The position numbers and the translations under genes were made by a program. Below the pieces are notes generated by a model, which was given only the letters and a program-made list of their open reading frames with translations, searched no databases and was not told the origin of the DNA. From a virus (Duplodnaviria; Heunggongvirae; Uroviricota; Caudoviricetes), in the IMG/VR virus record IMGVR_UViG_2703718769_000012: a stretch of DNA of 7,207 nt; one strand, 5' to 3'. Positions within the stretch are counted from its first letter, which is position 1. Each line of letters starts with the position of its first letter. Shown piece by piece: positions 1 through 7,057 of this stretch.

Positions 1-177
1 ATGATCTGGCAGCCTGAGTTCACAGATAAAACACTCTCCAGGAAAATCGGGGCGGTTCAAAATCTTAATCAGGAAAAGTATGCTAACCATTGTGGTGAAG
101 TGCAGGTTTGCTGCATGAATAGTTTTACAGCAGAAGCTAACTGCTGGCATGGCAAAACAAAGTGCGTAAGTGGATGA
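1..177 (+). CDS. Short Cys/His-rich ORF (58 codons from window position 1, TGA at 175-177), possibly the 3' end of a gene truncated by the window edge
   Basis: Open frame from base 1: MIWQPEFTDK...HCGEVQVCC...CWHGKTKCVSG. It lies just upstream of the lysis cassette, where lambdoid phages carry the late regulator Q, but I do not recognise the sequence as Q. The ATG at position 1 may be coincidental. Confidence 0.35.
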   Translation: MIWQPEFTDKTLSRKIGAVQNLNQEKYANHCGEVQVCCMNSFTAEANCWHGKTKCVSG

Positions 178-202
178 CTCCCACAAAAAGCACCACAATC
201 TC

Positions 203-226
203 AAACCCGCTCAGGCGGGTTTTTTA
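203..226 (+). terminator. Rho-independent terminator
   Basis: Hairpin CCCGC-tcag-GCGGG (206-219) followed by a run of six T (220-225), 26 nt after the upstream ORF stop. Could be the end of the upstream gene or a tR'-like late terminator. Confidence 0.7.
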
Positions 227-284
227 TTATCTGCTTTAAATATATTATTAAAATATAAAAAATACTTGTTACTAATAAAATCAA

Positions 285-455
285 TCAGGCTACAGCTTTA
301 AGATTTGTCTGGAATACTTTGTTGCAATGAGGGCAGATCAAAAGGGCACCTTTTTGTACTCTTGAAAAACTGTGTTCTGACTCTTGGGTGCAGTTTGGGC
401 AGGAACATTTAACGAGATAATTACGGCGTGATTTTGAGTTTTTACGTTCTGACAT
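285..455 (-). CDS. Small zinc-ribbon protein, 56 aa from the internal Met (the ORF track extends it to 506)
   Basis: Minus-strand ORF with a CxCxxC ... CxxC motif (KCSCPNCTQESEHSFSRVQKGALLICPHCNKVF). The internal ATG at 453-455 is preceded by AGGAAA with about 7 nt spacing; the ATG at 504-506 has no Shine-Dalgarno. A TTGAAA -35-like hexamer lies upstream on the minus strand. No homology search was done. Confidence 0.45.
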   Translation of the reverse strand: MSERKNSKSRRNYLVKCSCPNCTQESEHSFSRVQKGALLICPHCNKVFQTNLKAVA

Positions 456-674
456 AGGCTTTTCCTGTATAAATGGCCGTATACAGTACACTAAATATGA
501 AAACATTTCTCGTATTATTATTTTATATATGACTTTCTTTCAAAATAATTACCCACATTTTTAATGTGTATGTTTTTTTAGCGCCGTTGAGAACAACGTG
601 TGCTGTCAAAACTACCCCGTAGACTCCGATCTTTTCAAACATATTGCACCATCCGTGTACATCGGGGTGAGGAT

Positions 675-890
675 ATGAAATCAATGGATAAGTTAACAAC
701 AGGTGTTGCCTATGGCACATCGGCGGGTAATGCTGGTTTCTGGGCATTGCAGTTACTCGATAAAGTAACTCCGTCACAGTGGGCTGCAATCGGTGTGCTG
801 GGTAGCCTGGTTTTTGGCCTGCTGACGTATCTGACAAATCTTTATTTCAAGATTAAAGAAGACAGGCGTAAGGCTGCGAGAGGAGAGTAA
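675..890 (+). CDS. essQ: Phage-21-type class II holin (pinholin) with dual-start motif
   Basis: 71 aa, MKSMDK... gives two starts (Met1 and Met4, antiholin/holin). TMD1 is Gly/Ala-rich ([22 protein letters not shown]-like), TMD2 is [23 protein letters not shown], with a charged C-terminus [13 protein letters not shown]. Closely matches my memory of S21. The ORF track start at 600 is an upstream extension. Confidence 0.9.
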   Translation: MKSMDKLTTGVAYGTSAGNAGFWALQLLDKVTPSQWAAIGVLGSLVFGLLTYLTNLYFKIKEDRRKAARGE

Positions 891-894
891 TCCA

Positions 895-1202
895 ATGACT
901 CAAGACTATGAACTGGTTGTGAAAGGAGTCCGTAATTTTGAGAATAAAGTTACGGTAACTGTAGCCTTACAGGACAAAGAACGCTTTGACGGTGAAATTT
1001 TTGACCTGGATGTCGCCATGGACCGTGTTGAAGGAGCTGCGCTGGAGTTTTATGAGGCAGCAGCCAGAAGGAGCGTCCGGCAAGTCTTCCTGGAAGTAGC
1101 AGAAAAATTGTCAGAAAAAGTTGAGTCTTATCTGCAGCATCAGTACTCCTTTAAGATTGAAAATCCTGCCAATAAGCACGAGCGTCCTCATCATAAATAT
1201 CT

Positions 1203-1206
<4 letters not shown>
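895..1206 (+). CDS. ydfR: DUF1327-family prophage protein (YdfR-like), function unknown
   Basis: 103-aa ORF starting 4 nt after the holin stop, with its stop overlapping the endolysin start (ATGA at 1203-1206). Same length and position as ydfR in K-12 Qin (from memory). Confidence 0.75.
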
Positions 1207-2230
<1,024 letters not shown>

Positions 2231-2412
2231 GGTAATATTAAATCGGAACATTTACATCGCGGAATGTAAAATTTAAATAAAAAGGACTCTTCCATGAGCC
2301 AAAATTCCTGAAATCTTAAGGGTAAGATAAAAGGTCTTAATCAGAATGACACGTTTTATTAATAAATAAAGCTATTCTTTCATTGCTGTGTTTTTCTTTA
2401 CAAAAGTAATCC

Positions 2413-2592
2413 TTGCTATGGGTGGTTAATCATGCGTTAATGGTGTTCTGGTTTGTTACAAATTTATCTGAAGCAGTCATTGTTATAATTTTATTATTTG
2501 TACCTCTTGAGATTTCCTTGTTGGTTTTTCTCTCTGATATTTTTTTTCGGACCATTCTGCCCAAGGGCTAATTTCTTCAAAAGGTAATAATT
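2413..2592 (+). promoter_or_regulatory. cspI promoter and long cspA-type 5' leader with cold-box-like element
   Basis: Candidate sigma70 promoter: -35 TTGCTA (2413-2418), 17-bp spacer, TGn-extended -10 GTTAAT (2436-2441), predicted start near 2448 and leader about 145 nt. A second candidate is TGtTATAAT at 2481-2489. The leader start (GGTTTGTTACA...AAGCAGTC) resembles the cspA cold-box region, and AAGGTAATAATT precedes the ATG. Start sites are not determinable from sequence alone. Confidence 0.4.
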
Positions 2593-2805
2593 ATGTCTAA
2601 CAAAATGACTGGTTTAGTGAAATGGTTTAACCCTGAAAAAGGTTTTGGTTTCATCACGCCGAAAGATGGCAGCAAAGATGTGTTTGTCCATTTCTCAGCA
2701 ATTCAGAGCAACGATTTCAAAACATTAACTGAGAATCAGGAAGTTGAATTTGGTATTGAGAACGGACCTAAAGGTCCTGCCGCTGTTCATGTAGTGGCGC
2801 TTTGA
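2593..2805 (+). CDS. cspI: Cold-shock protein, CspA family (CspI)
   Basis: 70 aa, [38 protein letters not shown]...: cold-shock domain with RNP1 (KGFGFI) and RNP2 (VFVHF) motifs. Matches CspI as I recall it. AAGG Shine-Dalgarno 8 nt upstream. Confidence 0.95.
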   Translation: MSNKMTGLVKWFNPEKGFGFITPKDGSKDVFVHFSAIQSNDFKTLTENQEVEFGIENGPKGPAAVHVVAL

Positions 2806-2815
2806 GGTAGACAAT

Positions 2816-3004
2816 ATTACAAACCATATTCACTTTAGATGCCCGTGTTGTCATGGTTCCCAGTATAGAACATCATCTTTTGATGTTTCTGACATGAATC
2901 CTTTCGGGGCAAAATGTATCTTTTGTAAATCAATGATGATTACATTTGATAATATTTCACAATACTTAAATGCCAGCCGTCTGTCGTTGGATTTAAAAAA
3001 GTGA
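2816..3004 (+). CDS. Possible small zinc-ribbon protein with no canonical start codon (AUU start candidate, or frameshifted pseudogene)
   Basis: Frame open from 2795 to TGA 3002-3004, with CxxC-(21)-CxxC (RCPCCHGSQYRTSSFDVSDMNPFGAKCIFCKS). No in-frame ATG/GTG/TTG before the first Cys pair. GAGG (2804-2807, overlapping the cspI stop) sits 8 nt before an in-frame ATT at 2816, giving 62 aa. An ATG at 2839-2841 is out of frame by 1 nt across a CCC run. A terminator follows immediately. Confidence 0.3.
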   Translation: MTNHIHFRCPCCHGSQYRTSSFDVSDMNPFGAKCIFCKSMMITFDNISQYLNASRLSLDLKK

Positions 3005-3010
3005 AAATGA

Positions 3011-3032
3011 AGGCTCCTTCGGGAGCTTTTTT
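3011..3032 (+). terminator. Rho-independent terminator with UUCG tetraloop
   Basis: GGCTCC-ttcg-GGAGC hairpin (3012-3026) followed by TTTTTT (3027-3032), 7 nt after the zinc-ribbon ORF stop. Likely ends the cspI transcript. Confidence 0.75.
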
Positions 3033-3076
3033 GCTTGGTGTCTATTCGATGGATACTCACATACTACGGTAACATC

Positions 3077-3307
3077 ATGAAAAAAATCATAGTTTTTTTT
3101 AACTCTGAACCAGCAGTGGTAGTGCCAGCGATGACTGGAGTTAACACCATCATGCGTGAATATCCAAATGGCGAAAAAACACACCTTACTGTAATGGCCG
3201 CAGGGTTTCCATCTCTGACCGGAGATCATAAAGTCATTTATGTAGCCGCGGATCGACATGTTACTTCAGAAGAAATTCTGGAAGCAGCAATAAGGCTCTT
3301 GAGTTGA
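3077..3307 (+). CDS. ynfN: Small protein of the cold-shock cargo module (YnfN-like); start uncertain
   Basis: 76 codons from ATG 3077 (MKKIIVFFNSEPAVVVPAMTG...). Alternative starts are 3131 and 3152; the 3152 form is 51 aa, the length I recall for K-12 YnfN. Sits between cspI and gnsB as ynfN does in Qin. No strong Shine-Dalgarno for any start. Symbol rests on synteny and length, not recalled sequence. Confidence 0.5.
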   Translation: MKKIIVFFNSEPAVVVPAMTGVNTIMREYPNGEKTHLTVMAAGFPSLTGDHKVIYVAADRHVTSEEILEAAIRLLS

Positions 3308-3407
3308 TTTGATGCTATTGCATTGATAATTCAGGAAAATTCTCTTTGTCTGTTTGTGTAAAATTTAGACTATCGTATGTTGATTATTGCGATGTTTCAT
3401 CTTATCT

Positions 3408-3430
3408 TTTACACGTTTGCACCATATAAT
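3408..3430 (+). promoter_or_regulatory. Candidate promoter for gnsB
   Basis: Consensus -10 TATAAT at 3425-3430, about 48 nt upstream of the gnsB start. The -35 is poor (TTTACA at 3408-3413 is only 11 bp away). Sequence-only prediction. Confidence 0.3.
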
Positions 3431-3478
3431 CGACTTACTGTGTAACTGGAAAGTCATAACAGACTAAAAGAGGAAATG

Positions 3479-3652
3479 ATGAATATTGAAAACTTAAAAA
3501 CAAAAGCAGAAGCAGATATTTCTGAATATATAACAAAAAAAATTATTGAACTTAAGAAAAAGACCGGGAAAGAAGTTACCAGTATTCAGTTTACCGCACG
3601 GGAAAAAATGACGGGTCTTGAAAGCTATGATGTCAAGATTAATTTAATCTGA
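3479..3652 (+). CDS. gnsB: GnsA/GnsB-family small protein
   Basis: 57 aa, MNIENLKTKAEADISEYITKKIIELKKKTGKEVTSIQFTAREKMTGLESYDVKINLI. AAGAGGA Shine-Dalgarno 5-6 nt before the second of two adjacent ATGs. TAREKMTGLESYDVKI matches my memory of GnsA/GnsB. Not in the ORF track (under its length cutoff). Confidence 0.85.
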   Translation: MNIENLKTKAEADISEYITKKIIELKKKTGKEVTSIQFTAREKMTGLESYDVKINLI

Positions 3653-3678
3653 TGTATTCAATAATAAAATTTATCCAT

Positions 3679-3704
3679 AAACCTCGTTTTTACGGGGTTT
3701 TGTT
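3679..3704 (+). terminator. Rho-independent terminator downstream of gnsB
   Basis: Stem CCTCG/CGGGG with 6-nt loop (3682-3697), followed by TTTTGTT. Lies between the convergent genes gnsB and ydfO. Confidence 0.55.
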
Positions 3705-3766
3705 ATATTTGAATGGTTCCGAATATCTAAATCACAATTGTTGATGGTTTTTATTAAACCAATGCA

Positions 3767-3795
3767 GTCCGGCTCAGGAGTGAGAGAAGCCGGAC
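3767..3795 (-). terminator. Perfect 8-bp inverted repeat just downstream of ydfO (possible terminator or structured 3' end)
   Basis: GTCCGGCT (3767-3774) and AGCCGGAC (3788-3795) with a 13-nt loop, 9 nt after the ydfO stop. No clear U-tract on the minus strand, so the terminator role is uncertain. Confidence 0.35.
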
Positions 3796-3803
3796 GTTAT
3801 GGT

Positions 3804-4214
3804 TTAGCGTGGTAAGATCTGTGTAGTTTTCTGGATGCTTTCAGTAAATAGTAATGAATTATCAAAGGTATAGTAATATCTTTTTTGTTCGTGGATATTT
3901 GTAACCCACCGAAAAACTCCTGCTTTAGCAAGGTTTCTTCTGTATTCCTGAAATGTGATCTCTCTGGATTTCAGCTTATTAGAGGTCGTTTCTATAAGAT
4001 GCCTATCCTTTGAAAATTTGACAGACACAATGTTTTTTAGGCCCTTTAATAACACTGTATTATCATTTTTTAATACAATATGAACATTCTCTGTGGCTAA
4101 ATAGTAAATGTAATGTGAGACATTGTGACGTTTTAGCTCAGAATAAAACCATTGATAGTTTAAATCGTTTCGAACTTTATCAAATATTTGTTTAAAAATG
4201 ACTACCTGATCCAT
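3804..4214 (-). CDS. ydfO: DUF1398-family prophage protein (YdfO-like), function unknown
   Basis: 136 aa from the ATG at 4212-4214 ([23 protein letters not shown]...), which has GGAAGG 7 nt upstream. The ORF track start at 4229 adds 5 codons. Matches YdfO of Qin in length and, as I recall, sequence. Confidence 0.8.
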
Positions 4215-4439
4215 AGATAAACCTTCCATGTGATATGAGGGGGCGTAGTCTGCACGATTATCTAAATTGCTTCAATCTGGTCTGACCTGTTTTCTGAGCA
4301 ATTCAGTAATGTCACTCTTTTCTTTGTTTGCTTCAGAAGAAACTCTTTTTTCTGAGCACAGTCTCCGGCGGCAGGCTTCAATGACCCAGGCTGAGAAATT
4401 GATTATTTGACGTGGTTTGATGGCCTCCACGCACGTTGT

Positions 4440-4689
4440 GATATGTAGATGATAATCATTATCACTTTACGGGTCCTTTCCGGTGATCCGACAGGTTACG
4501 GGGCGGCGACCTCGCGGGTTTTCGCTATTTATGAAAATTTTCCGGTTTAAGGTGTTTCCGTTCTTCTTCGTCGTAACTTAATGTTTTTATTTAAAATACC
4601 CCCTGAAAAGAAAGGAAACGACAGGTGCTGAAAGCGGGCTTTTTGGCCTTTGTCGTTTCCTTTCTCTGTTTTTGTCCGTGGAATGAACA
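4440..4689. other. Lambda-type cohesive-end site cos (cosQ, cosN, cosB)
   Basis: Near-identical to my memory of the lambda genome ends. Right-end sequence ...GATGATAATCATTATCACTTTACGGGTCCTTTCCGGTGATCCGACAGGTTACG, then the 12-nt cohesive end GGGCGGCGACCT (4501-4512), then cosB with three CGTTTCC-core elements (about 4554-4561, 4614-4622 inverted, 4652-4660) corresponding to R3/R2/R1. Confidence 0.9.
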
Positions 4690-5235
4690 ATGGAAGTCAA
4701 CAAAAAGCAGCTGGCTGACATTTTCGGTGCGAGTATCCGTACCATTCAGAACTGGCAGGAACAGGGAATGCCCGTTCTGCGAGGCGGTGGCAAGGGTAAT
4801 GAGGTGCTTTATGATTCTGCCGCCGTCATAAAATGGTATGCCGAAAGGGATGCTGAAATTGAGAACGAAAAGCTGCGCCGGGAAGTTGAAGAACTGCGGC
4901 AGGCCAGCGAGACAGATCTCCAGCCAGGGACTATTGAGTACGAACGCCATCGACTTACGCGTGCGCAGGCCGACGCACAGGAGCTGAAAAATGCCAGAGA
5001 CTCCGCTGAAGTGGTGGAAACCGCATTCTGTACTTTCGTGCTGTCGCGGATCGCAGGTGAAATTGCCAGTATTCTCGACGGGATCCCCCTGTCGGTGCAG
5101 CGGCGTTTTCCGGAACTGGAAAACCGACATGTTGATTTCCTGAAACGGGATATCATCAAAGCCATGAACAAAGCAGCCGCGCTGGATGAACTGATAACGG
5201 GGCGCACTTTGACGGTGACCAGAGCGGCACGGTGA
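4690..5235 (+). CDS. nohA: Terminase small subunit, lambda Nu1 homologue with a replaced C-terminus
   Basis: 181 aa, MEVNKKQLADIFGASIRTIQNWQEQGMPVLRGGGKGNEVLYD... matches lambda Nu1 as I recall it through ...KAMNKAAALDELI. The last ~12 residues (TGRTLTVTRAAR) are read out of frame from J-derived DNA. Sits directly downstream of cosB. Confidence 0.9.
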   Translation: MEVNKKQLADIFGASIRTIQNWQEQGMPVLRGGGKGNEVLYDSAAVIKWYAERDAEIENEKLRREVEELRQASETDLQPGTIEYERHRLTRAQADAQELKNARDSAEVVETAFCTFVLSRIAGEIASILDGIPLSVQRRFPELENRHVDFLKRDIIKAMNKAAALDELITGRTLTVTRAAR

Positions 5236-5497
5236 ATGGTGTCACGCCGCCAGCAGTTCAGCACCTGACCGCAGAAGTCACCGCAGACAGCGGGGAATAC
5301 CAGGTGCTGGCGCGCTGGGACACGCCGAAGGTGGTGAAGGGGGTGAGCTTTATGCTTCGCCTGACCGTGGCAGCGGACGACGGCAGTGAGCGGTTGGTCA
5401 GCACGGCCCGGACGACGGAAACCACATATCGCTTCACGCAGCTGGCGCTGGGAAATTACAGGCTGACAGTCCGGGCGGTAAATGCATGGGGACAGCC
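5199..5497 (+). pseudogene. Internal fragment of tail host-specificity gene J (about 100 codons), no 5' or 3' part
   Basis: Frame beginning near 5199 reads ...GAHFDGDQSGT(V)NGVTPPAVQHLTAEVTADSGEYQVLARWDTPKVVKGVSF...[23 protein letters not shown], which I recognise as an internal stretch of lambda gpJ. It is out of frame with Nu1 upstream and stf downstream. The ORF-track start at 5232 is a GTG within this fragment. Confidence 0.7.
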
Positions 5498-5794
5498 GGT
5501 GCACATACCCATTCGATGACATTTGTTTCAGGTGGTTCCAGTGGTGCTCCGGGAAGTGGATCACCTGATTATTCTAAATACAGTGTTAACACTTCTTCTG
5601 CAGGCGCTCATACGCACTCTGTATCGGGTACTGCTGCAAGCGCAGGTGCACACGCACATACTGTCGGTATTGGTGCTCATACGCACTCCGTTGCGATTGG
5701 TTCACATGGACATACCATCACCGTTAACGCTGCTGGTAACGCGGAAAACACCGTCAAAAACATCGCATTTAACTATATTGTGAGGCTTGCGTAA
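5486..5794 (+). pseudogene. 3'-terminal fragment of side tail fibre gene stf (C-terminal ~100 codons)
   Basis: Ends ...[32 protein letters not shown], the lambda Stf C-terminus as I recall it, with GAHTHS/GAHAHT histidine repeats. Stop overlaps the tfa start (TAATG). The ATG at 5486 lies inside J-derived sequence and has no convincing Shine-Dalgarno. Confidence 0.75.
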
Positions 5795-6369
5795 TGGCAT
5801 TCAGAATGAGTGAACAACCACGGACCATAAAAATTTATAATCTGCTGGCCGGAACTAATGAATTTATTGGTGAAGGTGACGCATATATTCCGCCTCATAC
5901 AGGTCTGCCAGCAAACAGTACCGATATTGCACCGCCAGATATTCCGGCAGGCTTCGTGGCTGTTTTCAACAGTGATGAGGCATCGTGGCATCTCGTTGAA
6001 GATCATCGGGGTAAAACGGTTTATGACGTGGCATCAGGGGACGCGTTATTTATTTCTGAACTCGGTCCGTTACCGGAAAATGTTACCTGGTTATCGCCGG
6101 GAGGGGAATATCAGAAGTGGAACGGCACAGCCTGGGTGAAGGATACGGAAGCAGAAAAACTGTTCCGGATCCGGGAGGCGGAAGAAACAAAAAACAGCCT
6201 GATGCAGATAGCCAGTGAGCATATAGCGCCGCTTCAGGATGCTGTGGATCTGGAGATCGCAACGGAGGAAGAAACCTTGTTGCTGGAAGCCTGGAAAAAG
6301 TATCGGGTGTTGCTGAACCGTGTTGATACATCAACTGCACCGGATATTGAATGGCCAGCACTGCCGTAG
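5794..6369 (+). CDS. tfaQ: Tail fibre assembly protein (Tfa)
   Basis: 191 aa, [54 protein letters not shown]..., near-identical to lambda Tfa as I recall it. Coupled to the stf fragment by the TAATG overlap. Confidence 0.9.
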   Translation: MAFRMSEQPRTIKIYNLLAGTNEFIGEGDAYIPPHTGLPANSTDIAPPDIPAGFVAVFNSDEASWHLVEDHRGKTVYDVASGDALFISELGPLPENVTWLSPGGEYQKWNGTAWVKDTEAEKLFRIREAEETKNSLMQIASEHIAPLQDAVDLEIATEEETLLLEAWKKYRVLLNRVDTSTAPDIEWPALP

Positions 6370-6466
6370 GGTAAAACATATAAATTCTATAATTAGATGT
6401 ATCTCTCCATTTACGGCAAGGAAGGGGGCTTGGAAGACGTAAAGCATCTCACACCGAGATTATTTT

Positions 6467-7057
6467 TTATATGTCAGGTGTCTGAAGTTTTGCTTTGGCT
6501 CTTAAAATGGTTTGCCGCGAGGTTTTGAATTCCCGGGCAATGGCACTTATACTTACACCTGACTTAATTCGTTCGAATACCACCTGTTTCTGTTCTTCAT
6601 TTAACACAGGTGGTCGACCAAAACGTTTCCCTGCGCCGCGGGCTCTTACTATCCCGGAATGAGTGCGTTCAAGTAAAAGGTCTCGTTCAAATTCAGCGAC
6701 TGCTGAAATTACGTGCATCATCATTTTTCCTGTTGGACTGGTCAGGTCAATGCCCCCCAATGCTAAGCAATGCACTCTGATACCTGTTTCGGTCAGTTGT
6801 TCCACTGTTTTCCTGATATCCATTGCATTACAACCAAGGCGATCCAGTTTTGTCACAATCAATTGATCACCACATTTCAGGCGAGCAAGCAACCGGTTAA
6901 AACCAGGACGCTCACTGGTTGCTGCTGAGCCGCTAATGTGTTCTTCGATTATTTGCTGAGGTTTGATTTTAAAACCTGCACTTTCGATTTCCCGGCGTTG
7001 ATTTTCGGTGGTCTGATCCAGCGTTGATATCCGACAGTAAGCAAAAATTCGAGACAT
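6467..7057 (-). CDS. pinQ: Site-specific DNA invertase, serine recombinase of the Hin/Gin/Cin/Pin family
   Basis: 196 aa. N-terminal catalytic motif Y-C-R-I-S-T-L-D-Q (catalytic Ser11), resolvase-type catalytic domain, C-terminal HTH ([20 protein letters not shown]). Appears intact. Lies next to tfa, as Pin genes do in e14, Rac and Qin. Confidence 0.93.
   Translation of the reverse strand: MSRIFAYCRISTLDQTTENQRREIESAGFKIKPQQIIEEHISGSAATSERPGFNRLLARLKCGDQLIVTKLDRLGCNAMDIRKTVEQLTETGIRVHCLALGGIDLTSPTGKMMMHVISAVAEFERDLLLERTHSGIVRARGAGKRFGRPPVLNEEQKQVVFERIKSGVSISAIAREFKTSRQTILRAKAKLQTPDI

Noticed and set aside
523-837. 104-aa minus-strand ORF
   Set aside because: Antisense to the holin gene and its upstream region; no Shine-Dalgarno or recognisable domain. 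The holin on the opposite strand is well supported.
2484-2489. TGtTATAAT extended -10 as the sole cspI promoter
   Set aside because: Not discarded, but ranked below the upstream TTGCTA/TGcGTTAAT candidate, which gives a ~145-nt leader with a cold-box-like start typical of cspA-family genes. The two cannot be separated without mapping the transcription start.
3035-3076. N-terminal extension of the YnfN-like ORF to the ATG at 3035
   Set aside because: That ATG sits 3 nt after the terminator T-tract with no Shine-Dalgarno; downstream starts are more plausible.
2851-3259. 69-aa and 88-aa minus-strand ORFs (2851-3060, 2993-3259)
   Set aside because: Antisense to the zinc-ribbon ORF, the terminator and the YnfN-like ORF; low-complexity, AT-driven translations without start signals.
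4309-4410. 33-codon plus-strand ORF (MSLFSLFASEETLF...) in the cos-proximal region
   Set aside because: No Shine-Dalgarno and no recognisable features; lies in a lambda right-end-like block that is non-coding in lambda as far as I recall.
4591-5564. Long minus-strand ORFs (179 aa at 4591-5130, 251 aa at 4809-5564) and the plus-strand 68-aa ORF at 4625-4831
   Set aside because: They overlap cosB, Nu1 and the J fragment; GC-rich DNA yields long open antisense frames. Nu1 and J identities on the plus strand are clear.
5523-5783. 86-aa plus-strand ORF in an alternative frame of the stf remnant
   Set aside because: Off-frame relative to the recognisable stf C-terminus; Leu/Val-rich translation of GC-rich DNA.
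5773-6379. ORFs overlapping tfa (5773-6006 minus, 5858-6139 plus, 6083-6379 minus)
   Set aside because: All are alternative-frame or antisense shadows of the well-supported tfa gene.
6663-6866. 67-aa plus-strand ORF
   Set aside because: Antisense within the Pin invertase gene.
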